The notes beneath the pieces were generated by a model. That model ran no database searches. It had not been told where the DNA came from and saw only the letters and a list, made by a program, of their open reading frames with translations. Both the position numbers and the translations under genes were made by a program. Source: Rhodocyclales bacterium (lineage in GTDB: Bacteria > Pseudomonadota > Gammaproteobacteria > Burkholderiales > Rhodocyclaceae). From it: DNA of 36,997 nucleotides. This document shows positions 27,141 to 36,997 of this stretch, piece by piece. The stretch is taken from contig JAIOPW010000032.1 in the NCBI GenBank assembly GCA_021413665.1, positions 1-36,997 on the forward strand, read 5' to 3'. Every line of letters begins with the position of its first letter. The stretch's first letter is position 1.

Positions 27141-27778
27141 TTGATGGCACTTTCGATCGCGGCGATGACGGGTTGCAACAGCTCGCGCTTCATCTTGAGT
27201 GCAGCCTGATTGACGACGAGGCGCGAGGAAATGCTCATGATTTCCTCGACCTCGACCAGATTGTTGGCTTTCAGCGTGGCGCCACTCGATACCAGGTCCA
27301 CTATGGCCTCGGCCAGCCCTGCCAGCGGCGCCAGTTCCATCGAGCCATAGAGCTTGATCAGGTCGACATGCACGCCCTTGGCGGCGAAATGCTCGCGGGC
27401 GACGGCGATGTACTTGGTGGCGATCCGCAGGCGCGCGCCGCGACGCACGGCAGCGGCGTAATCGAAACCGACCGGCGCCGCGACGCACATGCGGCACCTG
27501 GCGATGTTCAGGTCGAGCGGCTGGTAGAGCCCGGCACCGCCGTGTTCGAGCAGCACATCCTTGCCGGCGATGCCTAGGTCGGCCGCCCCGTATTGCACAT
27601 AGGTCGGCACATCGGACGCACGCACAATCACGACGCGCACGTCGGCGCGATTGGTACCGATGATCAGTTTGCGCGACTTTTCCGGATCCTCGGCCGGCAC
27701 GATCCCCGCCGCAGCCAGCAACGGCAGGGTTTCCTCGAAGATGCGGCCCTTGGAAAGGGCGATGGTGATTCCGTTCAT
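27137..27778 (-). CDS. hisG: ATP phosphoribosyltransferase, short form (HisZ-dependent)
   Basis: [29 protein letters not shown] and LYGSMELAP. At 213 aa it lacks the C-terminal regulatory domain. Confidence 0.97.
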   Translation of the reverse strand: MNGITIALSKGRIFEETLPLLAAAGIVPAEDPEKSRKLIIGTNRADVRVVIVRASDVPTYVQYGAADLGIAGKDVLLEHGGAGLYQPLDLNIARCRMCVAAPVGFDYAAAVRRGARLRIATKYIAVAREHFAAKGVHVDLIKLYGSMELAPLAGLAEAIVDLVSSGATLKANNLVEVEEIMSISSRLVVNQAALKMKRELLQPVIAAIESAIK

Positions 27779-27782
27779 GCAG

Positions 27783-29286
<1,504 letters not shown>

Positions 29287-29297
29287 GGGCAAACTCC

Positions 29298-30056
29298 TCA
29301 GGCGCGCAGCTTGTAGCCGCGCTTCAACAGATTCAGGGTAAATGCGGTCAGCAACGCCAGGCATGCGCCGACCACGGAAAGGCTCAACCACGGCGAGGCG
29401 TCGGATACGCCGAAGAAGCCATGACGAAAACCATCGATCATGTAGAAAACCGGATTCCAGTGCGACACCCGCTGCCAGAAGGGCGGCAGTGAATTGATGG
29501 AGTAGAACACGCCGGACAGGAAAGTGAGCGGCATGATCAGGAAGTTCTGGAAGGCAGCGAGCTGGTCGAACTTGTCGGCCCAGATGCCCGCGATCACGCC
29601 GAGACTGCCGAGGATGGCGCCCCCCATCAGGGCAAAGACGAGAATCCAAACAGGTTCGGCGAAGGTCAGCGGGGCGAACCAGAAGGTGGCCAGCAATACC
29701 CCCGTCCCGACCACGAAGCCCCGCACCACCGAAGCCAGCACATAGGCGGCAAAGAATTCGAGGTAGGAAATCGGCGGCAGCAGGATGAACACGATGTTGC
29801 CCGTGACCTTGGACTGGATCAGCGAGGACGAAGAGTTGGCGAAGGCATTCTGCAACACCGACATCATCACCAGCCCGGGGATCAGGAAGGCCGTGTAGGC
29901 GACGCCATGCACCTTGACGTGGCCTTCCAGCACATGGGAGAAGATCAGCAGGTAGAGCAGAGCGGTGAGTACGGGTGCTGCAACCGTCTGCGAGGCAACC
30001 TTCCAGAAGCGCAGCACTTCCTTGTACAGGAGGGTGGAAAAACCGCCGTAGCTCAT
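29298..30056 (-). CDS. yadH: ABC-2 type transporter permease (YadH-like)
   Basis: LYKEVLRFWKV..QT..APV, FLIPGLVMM, PLTFLSGVFYSI and NPVFYMIDGFR. Confidence 0.88.
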   Translation of the reverse strand: MSYGGFSTLLYKEVLRFWKVASQTVAAPVLTALLYLLIFSHVLEGHVKVHGVAYTAFLIPGLVMMSVLQNAFANSSSSLIQSKVTGNIVFILLPPISYLEFFAAYVLASVVRGFVVGTGVLLATFWFAPLTFAEPVWILVFALMGGAILGSLGVIAGIWADKFDQLAAFQNFLIMPLTFLSGVFYSINSLPPFWQRVSHWNPVFYMIDGFRHGFFGVSDASPWLSLSVVGACLALLTAFTLNLLKRGYKLRA

Positions 30057-30057
30057 C

Positions 30058-30969
30058 TCAGCTCGCCCGCCCTTCCTGCTGTCCCTGCATGACGCGAACG
30101 AAGACCTCTTCCAGATCCGGCTTGCCGATCTCGAGATCGCCTATCCCGCAACCGGCGGCGCGTATGCTCGCCAGCAGCGGCTCGACTTCGTCGAAGCTGT
30201 CGAAGGGAAACGACCACCAGCCGCCATTCTCGGCGGCGCCGCGGGTGAGTGACGCAGGCATCGCGCCATCCGTGCGCAAGCGCAGGCTATGCACCGAAAA
30301 CCGGCGCAGCAGGTTGGCTGTAGTATCCAGCGCCACCACGCGCCCCGCCTTCAGCATTGCGATGCGGGTGCATAGGTTCTCTGCCTCCTCAAGGTAGTGC
30401 GTTGTCAGGACGATCGTGTGGCCGGCCTCGTTCAGCCGCCGGATGAAGTGCCACAGGGTCTGGCGCAATTCGACATCGACGCCGGCGGTCGGCTCGTCGA
30501 GCACGATCACCGGCGGTCGATGCACCAGCGCCTGCGCCACCAGTACGCGGCGCTTCATGCCGCCGGAAAGCATGCGCATGTTGGCGTTGGCCTTGGTCGT
30601 CAGGCCAAGGTTCTCGAGGATCTCGTCTATCCAGCTCTCGTTGTCGCCAATACCGAAGTAGCCGGATTGGATCTTGAGCGATTCGCGCACAGTAAAGAAG
30701 GGGTCGAAGACCAGTTCCTGGGGAACAACACCCAACAGGCGCCGCGCCGCACGATAGTCGGCCTGGACGTCATGACCCATCACGCGCAGGCTGCCGGCAT
30801 CTGGACGAACCAGCCCGGCAAGCGCCGAAATCAGGGTCGTCTTGCCGGCGCCATTGGGGCCGAGCAGGCCGAAGAACTCGCCCGGCTGGATTTCCAGGTC
30901 GACCCGATCCAGCGCCTGGACATTGCCAAAGGACTTGGAGACCTGCTGTATGCGGATCGCAGCGGACAT
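30058..30969 (-). CDS. yadG: ABC transporter ATP-binding protein (YadG-like)
   Basis: GPNGAGKTT, VPQELVFDPF, LSGGMKRR, DEPTAGVDVELR and TTHYLEEAE. Confidence 0.88.
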   Translation of the reverse strand: MSAAIRIQQVSKSFGNVQALDRVDLEIQPGEFFGLLGPNGAGKTTLISALAGLVRPDAGSLRVMGHDVQADYRAARRLLGVVPQELVFDPFFTVRESLKIQSGYFGIGDNESWIDEILENLGLTTKANANMRMLSGGMKRRVLVAQALVHRPPVIVLDEPTAGVDVELRQTLWHFIRRLNEAGHTIVLTTHYLEEAENLCTRIAMLKAGRVVALDTTANLLRRFSVHSLRLRTDGAMPASLTRGAAENGGWWSFPFDSFDEVEPLLASIRAAGCGIGDLEIGKPDLEEVFVRVMQGQQEGRAS

Positions 30970-30991
30970 GACACCAACCCGAAGGCTAAGG

Positions 30992-31273
30992 TCAGTGCTG
31001 CGGAAGGAGATCGGCGACGCCGTAGACGGCGGCGAGATTCAGCAGATTCTGCGGCGGGTTCAGGAGGCGCAAGGACTTTCCTGCGGCGGTTGCCGCCCTC
31101 ATCCAGCCAAAAACGACGGCAAGGCAGGAAGAATCCATGTCGGTCACGGCGGCGAGATCGAAAGCGAAGGCATTTGCCGCAATAGCGGCTTCACCTTCGG
31201 CCAGCAGCACGGTGGCGCCCGACATGGTCATCGGACCGGTCACCTCGACGTTGTCGCCGGAGATGCGAATCAT
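30992..31273 (-). CDS. mlaB: STAS-domain protein MlaB
   Basis: DLAAVTDMDSS STAS motif and LAAVYGV. Position at the end of the mla operon. Confidence 0.88.
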   Translation of the reverse strand: MIRISGDNVEVTGPMTMSGATVLLAEGEAAIAANAFAFDLAAVTDMDSSCLAVVFGWMRAATAAGKSLRLLNPPQNLLNLAAVYGVADLLPQH

Positions 31274-31890
31274 TTCTTGACCGACGTCGCCTCGCCGGAC
31301 TTGTTCTTGGTTTGCAGCGACTTGATCAGGCCGTCAATGCCATTGTTGCGCACTTCCGCGGCAAAGGAATCGCGATAGTTTGTCACCAGACTGATGCCAC
31401 CGACCTCGATGTCATAGACCTTCCAGCCGGCAGCGGACTTTTCAAGGAAGTAATCCAGTTCGATGTTCTTTCCGGCTCCGGACTGCCGAATTTCGGTGCG
31501 AACCCGGGTATCGGTCTCGCCGGCCTTTACCGCAAAGGGCTTGAAGGCAATCGTCTGATTCTTGTATTCGGTCAGAGCCTTGGAATAAGTCCGCACCAGC
31601 AGGAGGCGAAATTCGTCGGTCAGAATTTTCTGCTGACCGGCATTCGCCTGCCGCCAATCGCGGGCCAGAGCCAATTGCGTCATGCGCGTGAAGTTGAAGT
31701 GCGGCAGCACCTTGGCCTCCACCAGGTCGATCGCCTTCTTCGTGTTGCCGGACTGAATTTCCTTGTCCTTGCGGACTATATCGAGCACCTCGTTCGTCAC
31801 GGACTTGATGAGGGCATCGGGAGGGACTTCCTGGGCCATCACGCTCGTGGCGATAAGCAGGCCGCTGAAAAATGCAAGCAGGGTTTTCAT
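31270..31890 (-). CDS. mlaC: Periplasmic phospholipid-binding protein MlaC/Ttg2D
   Basis: Signal peptide, LPHFNFTRMT, LLVRTYS, WKVYDI..GISLVTNYR and GIDGLI. Confidence 0.93.
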   Translation of the reverse strand: MKTLLAFFSGLLIATSVMAQEVPPDALIKSVTNEVLDIVRKDKEIQSGNTKKAIDLVEAKVLPHFNFTRMTQLALARDWRQANAGQQKILTDEFRLLLVRTYSKALTEYKNQTIAFKPFAVKAGETDTRVRTEIRQSGAGKNIELDYFLEKSAAGWKVYDIEVGGISLVTNYRDSFAAEVRNNGIDGLIKSLQTKNKSGEATSVKK

Positions 31891-31913
31891 CTGGGTTTCC
31901 TGAGATTACGGGG

Positions 31914-31940
31914 ACCGGGGCTGGGACAATCCACCCCGGT
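31914..31940. other. Intergenic stem-loop between mlaA and mlaC
   Basis: ACCGGGG...CCCCGGT inverted repeat. Confidence 0.35.
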
Positions 31941-31948
31941 GTGATTCA

Positions 31949-32776
31949 TTATTTCGTGTCTGCCGATTCCGTGCGCGCTGCCAGCACGGATACCGGCGCC
32001 AACTCGGCACGCGGAACCCCGGCTTCCGCTTCCGCCGTAACCGGACGATCCACCTGTTCGGCATCGGCCTCGATTTCACGCGGCGGATTGCCGTCGTGAA
32101 TCAGGTTGCGGCGGCGCTGCAGGTAAGCGTCGCGAATGTAGGAATACTTGTCCAGCGCGGCCTCCTCGACAACCTTGTCGGCTGCGAGCAGGTTGGCGCG
32201 GTCATTCACCAGCCGCAAAACGACTGCGGCATCGCGGGTCCGTCGCGGCTTGTGCTGCGCAACCGGATCCGTCGCCACATCGAGCACCAGGCCAACTGTG
32301 TCACGCGCGGTCCGCGACCCGAAAACCGGAATCACGACGTAGGCACCGTTGCCAACACCCCAGCGACCAAAGGTCTGGCCGAAGTCCTCGTCATGTTTTT
32401 CAAGACCGGCGTCGGAAGCCCAATCGATGAGGCCGAGCAGACCCACCGTAGTGTTGATCAGAACACGGCCGAAATCGCTGGCGGCCTCGGGCACCTTGCC
32501 CTGCAACAGATTGTTTACGCCGATGAAGACATCCTCGATATTGCCGAAGAAGTTGGTGACGCCGGTCTTTACCGGCGACGGCAGCACCGCGTCATAGCCT
32601 GTGGCAACCGGCTTGATGATGGCGGTGTCGAGTCCTTCGTTGAAGGCGAACATTGCCCGGTTGAAGCCCTCGATCGGGTCTTTCGGATTTCCCGAAGTTG
32701 CGCATCCGGCCAAAAGACTTGCTGCGGCGACAGCCACAGCGACGGATTTCATGCGAGCAGGCAGCGTTGTATTCAT
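31949..32776 (-). CDS. mlaA: Outer-membrane lipoprotein MlaA/VacJ
   Basis: Lipobox LAGC, DPIEGFNR.MF.FN, EDFGQT and DKYSYIRDAYLQRR. Alternative start at 32752. Confidence 0.94.
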   Translation of the reverse strand: MNTTLPARMKSVAVAVAAASLLAGCATSGNPKDPIEGFNRAMFAFNEGLDTAIIKPVATGYDAVLPSPVKTGVTNFFGNIEDVFIGVNNLLQGKVPEAASDFGRVLINTTVGLLGLIDWASDAGLEKHDEDFGQTFGRWGVGNGAYVVIPVFGSRTARDTVGLVLDVATDPVAQHKPRRTRDAAVVLRLVNDRANLLAADKVVEEAALDKYSYIRDAYLQRRRNLIHDGNPPREIEADAEQVDRPVTAEAEAGVPRAELAPVSVLAARTESADTK

Positions 32777-32798
32777 TCTTTTTCCAGGCACCCGTTGA

Positions 32799-33269
32799 CT
32801 ACTTTTTGCCGCCATCCTCGGCAGCCTTGTTGAACATGAACTGGCTAATCAGCTTTTCCAGCACCACCGCCGACTGCGTTTTCTTGATCGTATCACCGGC
32901 CTTCAGCATCGCCGTATCGCCACCGACTTCAAAACCCACGTACTGCTCGCCGAGTAAACCCGACGTATTGATCGTCGCGAATGTATCGCGCGGGAACTTG
33001 TAGCGGGCATCGACACTGATTGTAACCACGGCCAGATATGCTTCAGGATCAAAGCGAATCTCCGTTACGCGCCCCACCACAACTCCTGCGCTCTTAACCG
33101 CCCCGCGGACCTTCAGGCCCCCGATGTTATCAAATTTGGCCTGGATTGCATAAGTTTCCCCACTACTCGAAGATGCCAGATTGCCAACCTTGAGGGCAAG
33201 AAACAACAGTGCGCCCAATCCCACGGCAACGAAAAATCCGACCCAGAGGTCAAGTGTAGTACGACTCAT
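32799..33269 (-). CDS. mlaD: MCE-domain protein MlaD
   Basis: FDNIGGLKVR..VK.AGV.VGRV, TSGLLGEQY and TQSAVVLEKLI. Confidence 0.95.
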   Translation of the reverse strand: MSRTTLDLWVGFFVAVGLGALLFLALKVGNLASSSSGETYAIQAKFDNIGGLKVRGAVKSAGVVVGRVTEIRFDPEAYLAVVTISVDARYKFPRDTFATINTSGLLGEQYVGFEVGGDTAMLKAGDTIKKTQSAVVLEKLISQFMFNKAAEDGGKK

Positions 33270-33270
33270 G

Positions 33271-34065
33271 TCACGTCCCTGTAAACATGAAAGCGGTAAG
33301 AATGAAATCGGCGGCCAGAATGGCCAGCGACGATGTTACAACGGTACGCGTCGTTGCCCCGGAAACCCCCTCGGCGGTTGGCTCGGCATCGTAGCCTTCG
33401 AATACGGCGACCCAGCTGACAATGATGCCGAACACGAAACTCTTGATCACGCCGTTGAGGATGTCCTCGCGGAAATCCACCGAGGCCTGCATCTGCGACC
33501 AGAACGAGCCCTCATCGACGCCGATCAGTTGCACGCCGACCAGATAGCCGCCAAAGATGCCCATCGCCGAAAACAGCGCCGCCAGGAGGGGCATTGAAAT
33601 CACGCCGCCCCAGAAACGCGGTGCCACCACGCGGGCAATCGGATCCACCGCCATCATCTCCATGGCGGAAAGCTGCTCGGTCGCCTTCATCATGCCGATT
33701 TCGGCGGTAATCGCCGACCCGGCGCGACTGGCGAAGAGGAGCGCAGCCACCACCGGACCGAGTTCGCGTACCAGCGACAGGGACACGAGGACTCCAAGCG
33801 CCTCTGTCGAGCCATAGCGGGCCAGTGTGTCATACCCCTGCAGGCCGAGCACCATGCCGACAAACAGCCCCGACACCAGGATGATGATCAGTGACAGGAC
33901 GCCGGTAAAGAAGATTTCCCGTATGGTCAGGTTGATGCGCCGCAGCGAGGTGCCGGAATGCAGCAGGATGGCGAGAAAGAAGCGGCTGGCATAGCCAAGG
34001 CGCCAGATGCGCGATGTAACCCGCTGGCCTAGCCCGCGCAGCGCGCGCACAAAGTCGTTATCCAC
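33271..34065 (-). CDS. mlaE: ABC permease MlaE
   Basis: SLVRELGPV, RAGSAITAEIG.MK.TEQ and EGVS.ATTRTVV. Probable GTG start at 34065. Confidence 0.95.
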   Translation of the reverse strand: MDNDFVRALRGLGQRVTSRIWRLGYASRFFLAILLHSGTSLRRINLTIREIFFTGVLSLIIILVSGLFVGMVLGLQGYDTLARYGSTEALGVLVSLSLVRELGPVVAALLFASRAGSAITAEIGMMKATEQLSAMEMMAVDPIARVVAPRFWGGVISMPLLAALFSAMGIFGGYLVGVQLIGVDEGSFWSQMQASVDFREDILNGVIKSFVFGIIVSWVAVFEGYDAEPTAEGVSGATTRTVVTSSLAILAADFILTAFMFTGT

Positions 34066-34867
34066 GGGCACCCGCCATGAGTTGTTCGCCGTACGGACGG
34101 GACGGATACTGGAAGGGTACCGGGCCATCGGCCTCGCCCCAGACAAACTGATGCACGTAAGGCACCGTTGAATTCTTCATTTCCTCGGCGGTGCCTTCGG
34201 CCACGATCTTTCCTTCCGAGACAAAATAGACATAGTCGACGATCTTCAGCGACTCCTGGACGTCGTGGGTCACCACAATCGAACTGGCGCCCAGCGCGTC
34301 GTTCAGCTTACGGATCAACTCGCCGACAATCGACAGGGAAATCGGGTCGAGACCGGCAAAAGGCTCGTCGTACATGATCAGCATCGGATCCAGCGCGATG
34401 GCACGGGCCAGCGCAACCCTGCGCGCCATGCCGCCGGAGAGCTCGGACGGCATCAGGCCATGGGCGCCGCGCAAACCCACGGCATGCAGTTTCATCAGGA
34501 CCAGGTCATGGATCAGGGCTTCCGGCAGGTCTGTGTGCTCGCGCATCTGGAAGGCGATGTTGTCGTACACCGACATGTCCGTAAATAGCGCGCCAAACTG
34601 GAACAGCATGCCCATGCGCCGGCGCAAGTCGTACAGGCCGCCCGAATCGAGCTGGTGCACCACCTGGCCGCCAACCCTGACCTCGCCGGAAGTCGGCTTC
34701 AGTTGGCCTCCGATCAGGCGCAACGTAGTGGTCTTGCCACAGCCCGAACTTCCCATGACAGCGACAACCTTGCCGCGCGGAATCGTCATGTTGATTCCGG
34801 TAAGAACCGGCCGGCTGTCGTAGGTGAAGTTCAGATCGCGGATTTCGACGAGGGATTCCTGGGACAT
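34058..34867 (-). CDS. mlaF: ABC ATP-binding protein MlaF
   Basis: GSSGCGKTT, MGMLFQFGALF, ELSGGMARRVALARA and YDEPFAGLDP. ATG at 34867. Confidence 0.95.
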   Translation of the reverse strand: MSQESLVEIRDLNFTYDSRPVLTGINMTIPRGKVVAVMGSSGCGKTTTLRLIGGQLKPTSGEVRVGGQVVHQLDSGGLYDLRRRMGMLFQFGALFTDMSVYDNIAFQMREHTDLPEALIHDLVLMKLHAVGLRGAHGLMPSELSGGMARRVALARAIALDPMLIMYDEPFAGLDPISLSIVGELIRKLNDALGASSIVVTHDVQESLKIVDYVYFVSEGKIVAEGTAEEMKNSTVPYVHQFVWGEADGPVPFQYPSRPYGEQLMAGARG

Positions 34868-34905
34868 GTTCTCACCGGGAACCCCGGTCAATTTCGCAGG
34901 CCGCG

Positions 34906-34914
34906 ATTCTAGCA
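34906..34914 (-). promoter_or_regulatory. Putative extended -10 promoter (TGcTAGAAT) of the mla operon
   Basis: Minus-strand TGCTAGAAT about 40 bp upstream of mlaF. Confidence 0.5.
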
Positions 34915-35002
34915 GAAGCGGATCGCACACCAATCGGCGCCAGCCCCTGAAGAACGGGGTAAACGCCATCCACAACCGGAATTGGCCGCCACCAGTTTCC
35001 GC

Positions 35003-35008
35003 TATGAT
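35003..35008 (+). promoter_or_regulatory. Putative -10 (TATGAT) for the sigma54 regulator gene
   Basis: TATGAT about 30 bp upstream of the TTG start. No clear -35. Confidence 0.3.
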
Positions 35009-35037
35009 CTTGGGATGGACTTACACAGGCTCCGTCC

Positions 35038-36477
35038 TTGACCGCGCCCAACAGCAAAGCCGAGCTGCTGATTGTCGACGATGACCCGCTGATCGCCGAC
35101 TCGCTGGGCTATTTTCTCGGCCGCGATTATTCGGTCAAGACCGCCTCGACTCGCGCCGAAGCAGTCGAACTGTTGCGCGACGGAAAAACTGCGCCGGCTC
35201 TTGCGCTGATCGACCTTGGCCTGCCGCCGACACCGCATCGCCCGGACGAAGGCTTCGCCCTGATCGCCGACATTCTTGCGCACACCCCGACAACCCGCAT
35301 AGTGGTGCTTTCCGGCCAAAGCGACGAACTCAATGCGCGCCACGCGCGGGCTCTGGGCGCGACCGAATTCGTCGCCAAACCGGCTGACCCGGAATTTCTG
35401 CGGAGCCTGATTCGGCGAGTGTTGTCTTTTAGAGACATATCAACCGAGATCGATGACGGGCTGATCGGCCGCAGCGCGCCGCTGCAAAAATTGCGAGCCC
35501 AGCTCAGGCAGTTTGCGCGCTCACCCTTTCCGGTGTTGATAGAAGGCGAATCAGGCAGCGGCAAGGAACTGGCAGCCGCGGCCCTGCACCGCCTGTCCGA
35601 CAGGGCGGGGAAGTCCTACCTGGCGCTCAACTGTGCGGCGATTTCGCCCGGCCTCGTGGAAGCCACGCTGTTCGGCCATAGCAAGGGCGCCTTCACCGGC
35701 GCCAGCGGCCCGCGCGCCGGCTATTTCGAGGATGCCTCCGACGGCACGCTGTTCCTCGATGAGATCGGTGAGCTTCCCCTCGACCTGCAACCGAAGCTCC
35801 TGCGCGTGCTTGAAAACGGTGAATTCCAGCGCATCGGCGAGACGCTGGCGCGGCATTCGTCGGCACGCATCGTCACCGCCACCAACCGCGACCTGAAAAA
35901 GGAGGTGCGCGAAGGACGCTTTCGCGCCGACCTCTACCACCGCCTTTCGGTGTTCACCATCGACATACCACCGCTGCGCGATCTCGGCGACGACCGCCTC
36001 CTTCTGCTGGAACACTTCCGCGCCATCTACACGGCGCAGGCCGACCTGCCGCCCTTCCGGCTCAGCGATGAGGCCACCGAACGCCTGCTGGCCTACCGGT
36101 TTCCCGGCAATGTCCGCGAACTGCGCAACATAGCGATTCGCCTGACGACCAAGCTCGCCGGGAAAGATGTCGGCCTTCTGGATCTCGAGGCAGAGCTGGA
36201 TCTGGCCGACCCATCGCTGTTGGGCGGCGTCCTGCCGGCGCCGACTCTGGCGGGCAGGGCCGAGCTGGTGGCGATTGCCCTTAATGACATCCAGAACCGC
36301 CACGAGTTCGACCTCGACGCCACGTTGCGTCGCTGGGAGGAAGCCTATATAGAAGCGGCGCAACAGCTTGGCCATGGCAACATGAGCCAGGCGGCCCGCC
36401 TGCTCGGCGTAAACCGCACCACGCTTTACAATCGCATAGACACGCTGGCGCGAGCAAAGCGCGCTGCCCCGCAATAA
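35038..36477 (+). CDS. NtrC-family sigma54-dependent response regulator (REC-AAA+-Fis HTH)
   Basis: LIVDDD, IDLGLPP (phospho-Asp), AKP, GESGSGKE, GAFTGA, LFLDEIG, FRADLYHRL, FPGNVREL and AARLLGVNRTTLY. The TTG start is uncertain. Confidence 0.93.
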   Translation: MTAPNSKAELLIVDDDPLIADSLGYFLGRDYSVKTASTRAEAVELLRDGKTAPALALIDLGLPPTPHRPDEGFALIADILAHTPTTRIVVLSGQSDELNARHARALGATEFVAKPADPEFLRSLIRRVLSFRDISTEIDDGLIGRSAPLQKLRAQLRQFARSPFPVLIEGESGSGKELAAAALHRLSDRAGKSYLALNCAAISPGLVEATLFGHSKGAFTGASGPRAGYFEDASDGTLFLDEIGELPLDLQPKLLRVLENGEFQRIGETLARHSSARIVTATNRDLKKEVREGRFRADLYHRLSVFTIDIPPLRDLGDDRLLLLEHFRAIYTAQADLPPFRLSDEATERLLAYRFPGNVRELRNIAIRLTTKLAGKDVGLLDLEAELDLADPSLLGGVLPAPTLAGRAELVAIALNDIQNRHEFDLDATLRRWEEAYIEAAQQLGHGNMSQAARLLGVNRTTLYNRIDTLARAKRAAPQ

Positions 36478-36507
36478 GCCAAGCGCCCGAACCGACCCAC
36501 CGACGAC

Positions 36508-36997
36508 ATGTACCTGGAACACTTCGGACTCAACGAACCACCCTTCCGCATCACGCCCCATACCGACTTCTTTTTCGACGGGGCCAACCGCGGTGCGACG
36601 CTCGACGCGCTGATCTACGCCATCACCCACGACGAAGGCATCGTCAAGGTCAGTGGCGAAGTCGGCAGCGGCAAGACCATGCTGTGCCGCGTGTTGATGG
36701 AACGCCTGCCGGAAAACGTCACCATCATCTACCTGGCCAATCCGTCCCTCTCGCGCGACGACATTCTCTACGCCATCGCCGACGAACTGCGCCTCGATGT
36801 GCCGGAAAACGCCCGCTCGTCATTGGTATTGCGCACCTTGCAGGATCACCTGATCAAGTCCTTCGGTGAAGGCCGGCAGGTGGTCGTACTGATCGACGAA
36901 GCCCACGCCATGCCGGTGGAAACGCTCGAGGAAATCCGCCTGCTGTCGAATCTCGAAGCCAACCGCAACAAGCTGCTGCAACTGGTGCTGTTCGGGC
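36508..36997 (+). CDS. ExeA/GspA/MshM-family AAA ATPase, 3'-truncated by the window edge
   Basis: Read manually (absent from the ORF track): MYLEHFGLNEPPFRITPHTDFF, Walker A GEVGSGKT, Walker B VLIDEAH and EEIRLLSNLE..KLLQLVLFG. Confidence 0.9.
   Translation, partial: MYLEHFGLNEPPFRITPHTDFFFDGANRGATLDALIYAITHDEGIVKVSGEVGSGKTMLCRVLMERLPENVTIIYLANPSLSRDDILYAIADELRLDVPENARSSLVLRTLQDHLIKSFGEGRQVVVLIDEAHAMPVETLEEIRLLSNLEANRNKLLQLVLFG

Overview
A GC-rich betaproteobacterial chromosome segment. Gene content and order suggest Rhodocyclales or Sterolibacteriaceae (inference). The backbone is the conserved minus-strand run mlaFEDACB-yadGH-ibaG(bolA)-murA-hisG-hisD...hisBHAF-hisE-HIT-tatABC. A DegS/DegQ protease lies at the left edge, and a sigma54 response regulator plus a partial ExeA/MshM-type ATPase lie at the right edge. 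Two departures stand out. (1) About 16.5 kb of accessory genes separates tatC from the protease. It holds a three-subunit KorCAB-type 2-oxoacid oxidoreductase, an orphan CbbY-like phosphatase and a 10-gene uncharacterised operon. That operon encodes a Liv-type ABC importer, a CoA-transferase, a PaaG-like crotonase, an acyl-CoA ligase, a tandem MaoC protein with one apparently inactive domain and a KAS III homologue with a non-FabH active site (GHLGxxD). It is the best candidate for an undescribed pathway, possibly uptake and CoA-dependent processing of hydroxyacid esters or oligomers. (2) The his operon is remodelled: hisC is inverted, two unrelated genes sit between hisD and hisC, and hisI is missing. 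No rRNA, tRNA, CRISPR array, integrase or transposase was recognised. All product calls come from motif recognition without database searches.
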